A stretch of 30,230 bases of DNA from a virus (taxonomy: Duplodnaviria > Caudoviricetes): IMG/VR virus record IMGVR_UViG_3300037742_000027, positions 1 to 30,230 of that record; one strand, given 5' to 3'. The position numbers and the translations under genes are program-made. Below are positions 22,690-30,230 of the stretch, in pieces (positions within the stretch are counted from its first letter, which is position 1; every line of letters begins with the position of its first letter). The notes under the pieces are model-generated. The model was not told where the DNA came from, ran no database searches, and saw only the letters and a program-made list of their open reading frames with translations.

Positions 22690-25600
22690 TTACCTGACGG
22701 TCTGCACCATCCGGAGCAAGTCATCCAGCGTGAGCCGGGTGCGTCCTGCCGTGACAGTGGCTTTCGGGAAAATGGGAATACGCGCGCCGTTCACGGTCTC
22801 GTACGCCTCTTCAAAGCCGGTCCAGCTCACGTCTTGAATCGTCATCGACTCGCTGATGCTGAGCGGGGCGCCGATATTGATGGTGAGCGTGCGATTGCTG
22901 CCGAGATTGGGATCGCGCGTGACGTAGGTAAACGAATCTTCGCCGGCGTCGAAGTCGTCCAGCTCGCGATCGCCCGCGTGCTCACATTCCGCCACCGTCG
23001 CCAAGTCGCCGGCGTCGATGGTGTGCTCGTGAATCCCGTCGCCCCCTTCGAGCGTGGCCAGCGCCGTTTGCGCGGCGGTGTTCTCGCGCATCACGCGGAG
23101 GCGGATCGCGGTCCCGGCCTCCACCGCCGTGTCGAGCCCGCTGACACCCGTCAGATAGCCGCTGTTGACGACCGCCTCGTCCGTCGCGATGTCGACCAGA
23201 ATGGCGCCCACGCCGCTCGCGGGGATGCCGGTGATCGTGCCTTCCCCTGACGCCGCCGAGCGGGCGGTGTAGCGAATCGGCTGCCCCGAGACAATCGCCC
23301 ATCCGCCGTTCGCGTTGAACTTCGATAGGTCGCTCACGCGCAACGTCGTATCACCCGCCACCGGCCCCAGCTGTGACGCCGCTGGCGCCGGGTCGCCGAG
23401 ATCGGCATCCGCCTTGAAGTCGGTATAGGTCGTGGTCAACGCGTCGCCGATGGTGCCGGCGTATTTGTAGACGCTGCCACCCGCTTCGGTGCGATAGATC
23501 TTGCGCGCGACGGTGCCTGCAGGTCCGAGCGGAATACTGGACACGATGACCGCATCGCCCCCGAACGTGTTGGTCGGTGGCGACGTCGCGCCGAGTTGCG
23601 CATCCGGCGTTGTGTCGGTAAAGGTCGTGACGACGTTGTCGATCGACGCGACGTAACGAAACTCCGTGCCGCCGGCCACGGTGCGATAGATCGCGCGGCC
23701 CGTGACGCGCGGATCGCTGGAGACCTCGAGGCCGGTGAGCTTGATGGCTGCCCCGGCGTCCTGCGCTTCGGCCGGCGCCGAGTCCGTCAGGCTGGTATCG
23801 GGGATGTTGTCCGTCAGCGCCGTCGTCGTGTTGTCGTCGATCGTGCGGAGCAGGAAGTACTCGGTGCCACCCGCTTTCGTGCGATAGAGCCGACGGCGAC
23901 GGACGCGCGCATCCGAGGACACGGGAATGCTCGACAGCCCGATCTGCCCGCCAGTGCTATTGCGGGACGGCGCGCCGGCGCCCAGTGACGCATCCGGCAG
24001 CGTGTCCGTAAAGAACGTGTCGGTGTTGTTATTGAGCGTACCGAGGAGATAGAACTCGATGCCGCCCGCCCGTGTGCGCCAGAGGTTCCGCGCGATCACC
24101 CGCGAGTCGGTCGACGTCGGAATACTGCTCAGTGCGATTTGCCCGCCGGTCGTGTCACTCGTCGGCGCCAGCGTGGTCAAGTTCGCATCGGCAATGAGGT
24201 CGGTGTGCGTCGTCGCGGTGTTGTCGCCAATCGTGGCGACCAGTTGATAGATGTTCGTGACGCCGGTCGAGCGGTAGATTTTCCGGCCGACCACGCGCCC
24301 ATCAGCCGATGTCGGAATGCTCGACAGACTAACGGCGTTATTGGACCCGGTCAGCGAGATCTGCGCGGCACTCGCGGACAGCACTTCCCCGCCGGCCGTG
24401 TAGTACGCAATCTTGTAGTTGTAGGTCGTGAGGAGCGTGAGGTTGCCGCCCGTCGTCTCCGCGAGGGTCGCCGTGCCGGGCGCGGTGACGGCGCTGACCG
24501 CTTCCGAGTCGCCGCCCAACAAAAACGTTTCGCCCTCAGCGGTGACGAACGTCGCGCCGTACAGGTAGGTGCCCGGTGGCAAGCCGCCGTCCGTCGTGGT
24601 TGACGCGGTGGCCGTGGGCGTTCCCGCGTCGGCGACGGGGGTAATCGTGACGGTGCTGCTGGCCGTGCCGAGCGCGGTGAGGCCGCCGCTGGCCGTTTCG
24701 TACGCCGCCTTGTAGGTGCGCGCGCCCGGTTCCACGCCGACATCCATGCGATGTACCAGGATCGTCCCGGTGGCGGGGGTAGACGGGGCGCCGGAGACGG
24801 CATACGTGAAGCTGTCACCGTCGACGACGGTGGCGACCGTGACGATGCCGTTGTAGGCGGTTTCGGCGGCGCCGCTGACGCGCACGCGCATCCCCGGCAC
24901 CAGACCATGCGCGGCCATCGTGTTGAACGTGGCGACGTCGCTGCTGCGCGTGAGCGAGCTGGCCGTCACGGTGTTGCCGCTCGCCGTCGTCGTGAAGTCT
25001 GCGGTCAAGGCCCCCGGCGCCGCCACTTCCGTCGCGGTGACCGAGACTTCCGCTGATCGCAGTGTTTCCCCCCGTGCGGACTTGTGCGCCAGCGCATAGC
25101 GGTAGGCTCCCACTAGCGGGCCGCTCGTCATCGATTGCGCGGTGATCGTGCCGGTCGCCGGCGTGGCCGGCGCCCCGGAGACGCGATAGGTGAACGTCGT
25201 GGTCGACCCGACGGTCTGAATCGTAAAGACGCCATTGTAGGGCGTCTCGGCCGCGCCCGCGATCAGGACCTGCATCCCGGCTGCGTAGCCGTGCGCGGCG
25301 CTGGTTGTGACGGTCGCAGTGCCGTTACTGCGCGTGATGCTATCGATCGCGACCGTGGAGGCGCTGTGCGCTTCGGCCGCAGTGACGGCCGCGGGCGGGC
25401 TGAGCGTGGCGCCGGTGGCCGTCCCCGACGCCGTCCCCGCATCGGTCTCGAAATTGCGCGTGGAGCTCCCCGACGCACGGGCGACGATGGCGGTCGCCTT
25501 GTAGCTGACGATGCCGATCACCCCGCCGCCCGCGACTTTCTGCGCGGTGATCGTCGCGCCGGTCGCGGGCGTCGTGGGTGACCCGGCGACCGCGAAGGTA

Positions 25601-26688
25601 AAGGTGGTCGTGGTCGGCACGGTGGCAATCGCGAACGTGCCGTTGTAGTCGTTCTGATCGGCCCCGGCGATTTTGACGGGCAGGCCCGTCGAGAACCCAT
25701 GTGCCGCGCCGGTGGTGACGGTCACGGTCGATCCCGATCGCGTCATCGACGAGACGGCGACCGTCGAGGCCGAACGGCCCAGCGCGACACTCGGCGCCGT
25801 CAGCGCTTGCGGTGTGCCGGCGACGAGCGCCGCGGTATCATCCGTGCCGGCCGACGTGCCCGTGTAGGTGATGACATCCGGCCCAATGACGGCCGTGTCT
25901 CCCTCGACAAACCGCGCAATGTCCTCAACCGGCAGAATCGTGGCGCCCACACTCACCGGCACCGACACGCGCGAGCTTGCGCCCATCACGTAGATCCGCG
26001 TGCGGGCTTGCCGGAGTTGGCGCACATACGTCGCATCACGCGCGCCATGCACACCGGACTCCGTCACCGGGTGCGGCGCGACATCGGTGGAGACCACTTC
26101 CAGATGGACGCGCCGGGTGTAATCCACGAACCAGATCGCCCCGACCTGCTGGGCAATCGCATCGAGGACGTCGGTCACATCCGCGCCGGCAAAGACCAGA
26201 TCGCTGACGGTGCCGAGCCCGCCTTTGATTTTGGTCGTGTCGCTGCTGAAGCCGCTGGTGTAGGTGCTGAGCAGATCGAGCACCGCCTGCGCCGCATCGA
26301 CGCCGTCGATCGTCGTCCACACCTTGCGACGATTGAGGAGCCGCGTGTAATCGGTACAGGTCACGCGGTAGACGAGATTCGTGAGGATGCCTTCGTAGGT
26401 CTGCGCGACGGTTTCGATCTGGCCGCCAAAGACTACATTGGAGATCGAGCCGAGCCCAATCACGACCGCTTGCCCGCGGGTCGGCGTCCAGCCTGGATTG
26501 ATGCCGGTATCGAAACTCGCGGTATTCGGCGCGGCGCCGCGGACATCTCGAATGACGAGGGACGACTTGGTGATCGTGCTATGCCGCAACGTGCCGCCGA
26601 CGGTCATCTTCACGATGACGTCGAAGTGCCCCAACCGAAAGGCGTTCACGCGGCACACGTCCAAGCGGGCGCGGCCAAGGACCGGCAT
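22690..26688 (-). CDS. Tail-tip/baseplate hub (Tal-like) protein with a large inserted repeat array
   Basis: Follows the TMP. Hub-like N-terminus (FGGQI..V...Y...C.DY..LL, WFVD....H, TRIYVMG) and C-terminus. Three AHG...G..V.I.GA....YNG repeats and five IP...R.IYRT..GG..Y...I.DN.T...D repeats. Confidence 0.85.
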   Translation of the reverse strand: MPVLGRARLDVCRVNAFRLGHFDVIVKMTVGGTLRHSTITKSSLVIRDVRGAAPNTASFDTGINPGWTPTRGQAVVIGLGSISNVVFGGQIETVAQTYEGILTNLVYRVTCTDYTRLLNRRKVWTTIDGVDAAQAVLDLLSTYTSGFSSDTTKIKGGLGTVSDLVFAGADVTDVLDAIAQQVGAIWFVDYTRRVHLEVVSTDVAPHPVTESGVHGARDATYVRQLRQARTRIYVMGASSRVSVPVSVGATILPVEDIARFVEGDTAVIGPDVITYTGTSAGTDDTAALVAGTPQALTAPSVALGRSASTVAVSSMTRSGSTVTVTTGAAHGFSTGLPVKIAGADQNDYNGTFAIATVPTTTTFTFAVAGSPTTPATGATITAQKVAGGGVIGIVSYKATAIVARASGSSTRNFETDAGTASGTATGATLSPPAAVTAAEAHSASTVAIDSITRSNGTATVTTSAAHGYAAGMQVLIAGAAETPYNGVFTIQTVGSTTTFTYRVSGAPATPATGTITAQSMTSGPLVGAYRYALAHKSARGETLRSAEVSVTATEVAAPGALTADFTTTASGNTVTASSLTRSSDVATFNTMAAHGLVPGMRVRVSGAAETAYNGIVTVATVVDGDSFTYAVSGAPSTPATGTILVHRMDVGVEPGARTYKAAYETASGGLTALGTASSTVTITPVADAGTPTATASTTTDGGLPPGTYLYGATFVTAEGETFLLGGDSEAVSAVTAPGTATLAETTGGNLTLLTTYNYKIAYYTAGGEVLSASAAQISLTGSNNAVSLSSIPTSADGRVVGRKIYRSTGVTNIYQLVATIGDNTATTHTDLIADANLTTLAPTSDTTGGQIALSSIPTSTDSRVIARNLWRTRAGGIEFYLLGTLNNNTDTFFTDTLPDASLGAGAPSRNSTGGQIGLSSIPVSSDARVRRRRLYRTKAGGTEYFLLRTIDDNTTTALTDNIPDTSLTDSAPAEAQDAGAAIKLTGLEVSSDPRVTGRAIYRTVAGGTEFRYVASIDNVVTTFTDTTPDAQLGATSPPTNTFGGDAVIVSSIPLGPAGTVARKIYRTEAGGSVYKYAGTIGDALTTTYTDFKADADLGDPAPAASQLGPVAGDTTLRVSDLSKFNANGGWAIVSGQPIRYTARSAASGEGTITGIPASGVGAILVDIATDEAVVNSGYLTGVSGLDTAVEAGTAIRLRVMRENTAAQTALATLEGGDGIHEHTIDAGDLATVAECEHAGDRELDDFDAGEDSFTYVTRDPNLGSNRTLTINIGAPLSISESMTIQDVSWTGFEEAYETVNGARIPIFPKATVTAGRTRLTLDDLLRMVQTVR

Positions 26689-28347
26689 TTACCGCGCCCC
26701 CGGTCGCTTGGTGCCCAGTGTGGCGCGTTCCATCAGCAGTTCGTCGAGCATCCGGCGCAGATCTTCCTTGCCCGCGCCGATGGCCCCGTTGAGCGTGAGG
26801 TGATTCGTGATACTCGGGCCGACGCCGCCGCCCCCGGCTGGCGGCATGAAGCCCCCCCCGCTCCACGATTTGTGCTTCGGCATATTGGCGAGCACTTCGG
26901 AGGCGCCTTGCGTGGTCTGGTTGCCCTGCTGATCGATCCAGCCGTAGCCCCCGCCCTTCATCTGGGCGACGATGTTCGAGATCGACCCGTTGACGACGCC
27001 GAATTGCGCGGCGACCTGCTTGGCAGACTCCCCGATGGCGTCGGTGCCGCTCTTGACGGCGTTGAGGCCCTGTAGCATCTCCTGTACTTCGAGGTTGGCG
27101 CGTTCGTACTCCGCATGGATCGCGTTGCGGCCGCTCTCGATGTTTGGATCGATGCCCGCGACCGCCCGATCCGCGCGCGCGATGATCTCGTTGACGCGAT
27201 CGTTCAGGCTCGGCTCGGTCCCGCCGGGACTCTGCATCCGCTGGATGATGGCGGCGCTCTCAGCCTCCGAGCTTTGCCGGAGGATCGCCGCTTTGGCGAT
27301 GGCGTTATTCAGGCTCTGACCTTCTACCGTGAGCCCGATTCGCATTTCGGCGTTGATCTCCGTCACGCGATCCTTGACGGACTGCCACGCCTCGGCGAGC
27401 TGCATCGTCCACTTGTATTGATCGGCCGAGAGCTCCGTTAGCTCCCGTCCACGGCTCACCGCGCTCGCCATCGCCGCATCGAGCGCATCGGTGTCGGGTG
27501 TTGGCCGTGCCGCAAAGGGCTCCTCTGTATTCAGTTGGATGTTGCCCCCAAAGCTCCGGCCGCGCGTGCGCGCTTCTTCCCATTCGAGCAGGCGTTCCCC
27601 CTCGCTATTCACTTCTTTCAAGGCCAGCACGTACGCCTTCGCGCCGGAGGCATTCGCCAGGAGTTCAATCCCGAACGATTTCGCGCTTTGGATGGCGCGC
27701 GCGAATGTCACATCCAGGGCGTCCATCGCGTCGACACCCTCCTCGGTCACCGCCAGCCACGGTTGCGCGGATTCGGCGAGGTCCGTGCGGAAGGTCCCCG
27801 CCAACGCCTTGGCGCTCTTGCCGAGTAGCTCTTGAGCCACCAGCGCGCGGCCGCCGGCGGTCGGGATCTCACCGATGGCCGCCGCCACCTGGAGATACAA
27901 CTCCACCGGCCGCAGTCCGTGGAGTTCCGTGACGTTGAGATTCAGGCGCTTGAGTGCCGCATCTGCATCCCCGCTGGCGAGTTTGGCCTGCAGTGTCTGG
28001 ATGGCACCGATTAACGTCTCGAGCGTGACGGAGTAGTCGGCGCTAATCGCCTCCAGGCGCTGCGTGTTGGTGGCCGTATCGTCGACCATCGCCGCGAGCT
28101 TTTGGTACTCCGCACCGGCCTCGATGACGGCCGATGTCCACTGCCGCACCTTGTCGACCGCCCACGATCCGGCGAGAATCGACGCGCCACGCTGCGCCAT
28201 CGTATACAGGCCGGAGAGTTGGGTATTCGCCTGCCCGACGCCACGCTCGACGCCCTGCACGCTGGCGGTCACGGTCTGCATCCCCGTGACGAGTTCCGAC
28301 GTGTCGGCGAGGACGCGCACGATCAGTGCAGCAAGTGGAGCAGCCAT
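26689..28347 (-). CDS. Tail tape measure protein (552 aa)
   Basis: L.VRV.ADT N-terminus, Ala-rich helical body, Gly-rich tail plus ITNHLTLNG. Follows the chaperones. Confidence 0.88.
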   Translation of the reverse strand: MAAPLAALIVRVLADTSELVTGMQTVTASVQGVERGVGQANTQLSGLYTMAQRGASILAGSWAVDKVRQWTSAVIEAGAEYQKLAAMVDDTATNTQRLEAISADYSVTLETLIGAIQTLQAKLASGDADAALKRLNLNVTELHGLRPVELYLQVAAAIGEIPTAGGRALVAQELLGKSAKALAGTFRTDLAESAQPWLAVTEEGVDAMDALDVTFARAIQSAKSFGIELLANASGAKAYVLALKEVNSEGERLLEWEEARTRGRSFGGNIQLNTEEPFAARPTPDTDALDAAMASAVSRGRELTELSADQYKWTMQLAEAWQSVKDRVTEINAEMRIGLTVEGQSLNNAIAKAAILRQSSEAESAAIIQRMQSPGGTEPSLNDRVNEIIARADRAVAGIDPNIESGRNAIHAEYERANLEVQEMLQGLNAVKSGTDAIGESAKQVAAQFGVVNGSISNIVAQMKGGGYGWIDQQGNQTTQGASEVLANMPKHKSWSGGGFMPPAGGGGVGPSITNHLTLNGAIGAGKEDLRRMLDELLMERATLGTKRPGAR

Positions 28348-28973
28348 TTACTCAGGAGGTTTCAACCCTAAAATCGTGTGCGGCGTCATCGGTAAGGACG
28401 ACCCAATCAAATTCGCAATCCACGCGGCCAGCCACACCGTCCCGCCCACCGCCGTGAGGCGGGCCATGTAGCCGTCGTGTAGCGCCACAAATTCCCCAGG
28501 GGTGAGGCGCCGAAACTCTCTCGGTGTTAACGCCAATACCCCGAATGCGATCGGCTCTTGGTCCGCTAGCCAGTCGCGGAAACAGAAGGGACCGCGGCTG
28601 TTTCCGCTGGCGCGTTTCCCTCCGTCACCTGTGGCACCGGAGGACTGCCATCGAGGCGATGTTTGAACAGCTGCGCGCGCTCGATCGCCTCGACCATCGG
28701 CTCCGCGAGTTCGCCGAGGCTGCGCCCCTTCTCGAACCAGTGCAATTGGAGCAACCGCCCGACGTCGGAGGGCGTGATCGACGGCGTTTCGTGCAGGAGC
28801 ATCCCCCACACCAACCACCGCGCCGAGGACACACTCCCGAGTCGCACGAGCAGTGCGCCGAGCGTCTTGCCTGACCGATCCTCGATCTCGGCGCAGGCGT
28901 TCACGTCGAACCGTAGACGCCGCGGCACGTCCAGCAACAGCGTCACATCCGGTAGCGAGACGGGAGTCGCCAT
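28348..28973 (-). CDS. Tail assembly chaperone G-T fusion made by -1 frameshift
   Basis: The -1 frame after GGGAAAC reads on to LTPREFRRLTPGEF...KPPE and stops at the TMP start. Confidence 0.8.
28566..28973 (-). CDS. Tail assembly chaperone (gpG-like)
   Basis: RRLRFDVNA..EIED..G......R.LVW.ML.H....T...VG pattern, between tube and TMP. Confidence 0.85.
   Translation of the reverse strand: MATPVSLPDVTLLLDVPRRLRFDVNACAEIEDRSGKTLGALLVRLGSVSSARWLVWGMLLHETPSITPSDVGRLLQLHWFEKGRSLGELAEPMVEAIERAQLFKHRLDGSPPVPQVTEGNAPAETAAVPSVSATG
28576..28620 (-). promoter_or_regulatory. Programmed -1 frameshift signal: slippery heptamer plus hairpin
   Basis: G GGA AAC at 28620-28614, then a 10-bp perfect stem GCGGAAACAG/CTGTTTCCGC (28607-28576) 6 nt downstream. 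Confidence 0.85.
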
Positions 28974-29374
28974 TAGACCGACCGCGACAACGCGCCAGCT
29001 GAGACGAAGGCCAGCGTGGACTTGACCAGCTCACCATGCGCCGCACTCAAGGGCGCATAGCCGGTGAACAGCGCCGTGCCGTTGTAGCTCGGGTTTCCCG
29101 CCCCTTGGGCGGCTGATGACGGGCGTCCGGCGAAGGTGCCGGTCGTGCCGATCAGCGCGAAGACGATCTCGTCGACCAGGTTGTCGGCGTAGTCCTGCTT
29201 GAAGCCGATCGAGCCGTTCCACTTGAAGACGCCGCCCTTGTTGACTTCCGTCGTCTGCCCCATGCGCGTTTCCACGATCGCGGCGGCTTCGTAGTTCAGA
29301 ACGATGTTTTGCACATACACCGAGATGTCGCTGCCGGCGGTAACATGTGCATCGGTGAGAACGGTTGACGCCAT
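28973..29374 (-). CDS. Major tail tube-like protein (133 aa)
   Basis: AGGAG SD, beta-rich, ET.MG......GG...W.G, NPSY.G. Directly before the chaperones. Confidence 0.8.
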   Translation of the reverse strand: MASTVLTDAHVTAGSDISVYVQNIVLNYEAAAIVETRMGQTTEVNKGGVFKWNGSIGFKQDYADNLVDEIVFALIGTTGTFAGRPSSAAQGAGNPSYNGTALFTGYAPLSAAHGELVKSTLAFVSAGALSRSV

Positions 29375-29404
29375 TGACTCTTTCTCCTGTGAAACTGCGA
29401 AGCG

Positions 29405-30139
29405 TTAAATAATCCCCACCACCACGGCGAACGTGAACGACGGATCGGTGCCACCGATCGACCAGCTGACACGCCAGAACGTATCGGTGATCGCACCGGC
29501 CGCGGATTGCCACTCCGAGCCCGCCGCGATGGCTTGCGCGAAGGTCACCCGCGTCGTCGGCGTGCCAAACCCCAGCCCATCATCGGATTGCACGATGACG
29601 TCGATCGTCGGATTCGTGCCGCTGACCGTGAAGATGTGGAGCGCGGCATACACGCGCTGTGTCGCGGACACCGCGCCCAATTCCAAGGCCGTGCCGCTGT
29701 TGCTGGACGCGGTGCGCGCGGCCTTCGGCGCGACCAGGTAGCCGCGCACCAGTGGCGACCCGTCGCCGAGCGCCTCGCCGGAAAACGGCAGGAGTTGCCC
29801 GTGCTGCCCGCCGAACGGCGCCATCTTGGCTGTCAGCGCGTCGAACGTATACATCACGTCCCCGGCGCTGTTGCCTTGCGGTCCCGTGCTGAACGGCTTG
29901 CCCGAGATGCCGATCCGGTCGAACATCGCGCCCGTGATCAAGCCGGTGCCTTCTTCGCCAAATCCGGCGACGGCGCACGTCACCGATTTCGTGCCGCCAA
30001 CATTCACTTCGGTGGTGTGGCCGAAGCGCGTATCGTTCAGCGGCTCGGCCTTGTAGTCCAGCCCCACACGATTGAGGCGCGTGCTGAAGTCGTATTGCCC
30101 GACGAACACCTTCGCGTCGGTCAGAACGATGCTGCTCAT
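29405..30139 (-). CDS. Second tail tube-like paralogue with an extra C-terminal beta-sandwich (244 aa)
   Basis: N-terminus aligns with 28973..29374 (VLTDA.V...D.S......L.Y.A....TR.G.TTEVN.GG, HG.L). Confidence 0.75.
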   Translation of the reverse strand: MSSIVLTDAKVFVGQYDFSTRLNRVGLDYKAEPLNDTRFGHTTEVNVGGTKSVTCAVAGFGEEGTGLITGAMFDRIGISGKPFSTGPQGNSAGDVMYTFDALTAKMAPFGGQHGQLLPFSGEALGDGSPLVRGYLVAPKAARTASSNSGTALELGAVSATQRVYAALHIFTVSGTNPTIDVIVQSDDGLGFGTPTTRVTFAQAIAAGSEWQSAAGAITDTFWRVSWSIGGTDPSFTFAVVVGII

Positions 30140-30230
30140 ACGACGGCTCCATTGATGACACGTTGCGCGCAGGCCGTGCAGTAGTAATCAGCCCAGCGCT
30201 CCTGGTGCATGGTCGACTGGTCGACGCGCG
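30136..30230 (-). CDS. 3' end of a small CxxC protein (partial)
   Basis: ...ERWADYYCTACAQRVINGAVV-stop, ATGA overlap at 30136-30139. Confidence 0.5.
   Translation of the reverse strand, partial: RVDQSTMHQERWADYYCTACAQRVINGAVV

Noticed and set aside
21823-26688. Diversity-generating retroelement or invertible tail-fibre system
   Set aside because: No reverse transcriptase or invertase in the window. The repeats are diverged at the DNA level and are not adenine-specific TR/VR pairs.
25699-27075. Long plus-strand ORFs (this one, and 10831..11859, 11894..12835, 22264..23250, 4290..5183)
   Set aside because: Antisense shadows of real high-GC genes, with no motifs or SDs.

Overview
This is about 30 kb of a high-GC, lambdoid-type (siphovirus-like) phage or prophage genome, encoded almost entirely on the minus strand. 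Reading right to left it contains: two paralogous tail-tube-like genes, tail assembly chaperones with a -1 frameshift, a short tape measure, a 1332-aa hub/tail-tip protein, a fibre-like gene, and a lysis block (holin-like, GH108 endolysin, PLA2-like). Next comes a small plus-strand island (CI-like repressor, secreted Fn3 protein, tRNA-like RNA) with no recognisable integrase. The early region follows: Cro/CII-like genes, two ParB-family genes, a Sak4-like ATPase with a PD-(D/E)xK nuclease, a J-domain protein, a replication initiator with internal iterons, two DNA methyltransferases, mosaic accessory genes, a packaging-type HNH and a probable cos site at the left edge. The host is inferred, not shown, to be Acidobacteriota (Vicinamibacteria-like). 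The most unusual features are: (1) a nested 'matryoshka' arrangement of five split Fn3/Ig-like domains in the tail-tip protein; (2) a C5-methyltransferase whose motif IX is overprinted in another frame, with the gene bracketed by exact 15-nt direct repeats; (3) an aberrant tRNA-like cloverleaf with its own promoter where the integrase would normally be; (4) an internally inserted J-domain. All family calls come from motif recognition by eye; no searches were run.
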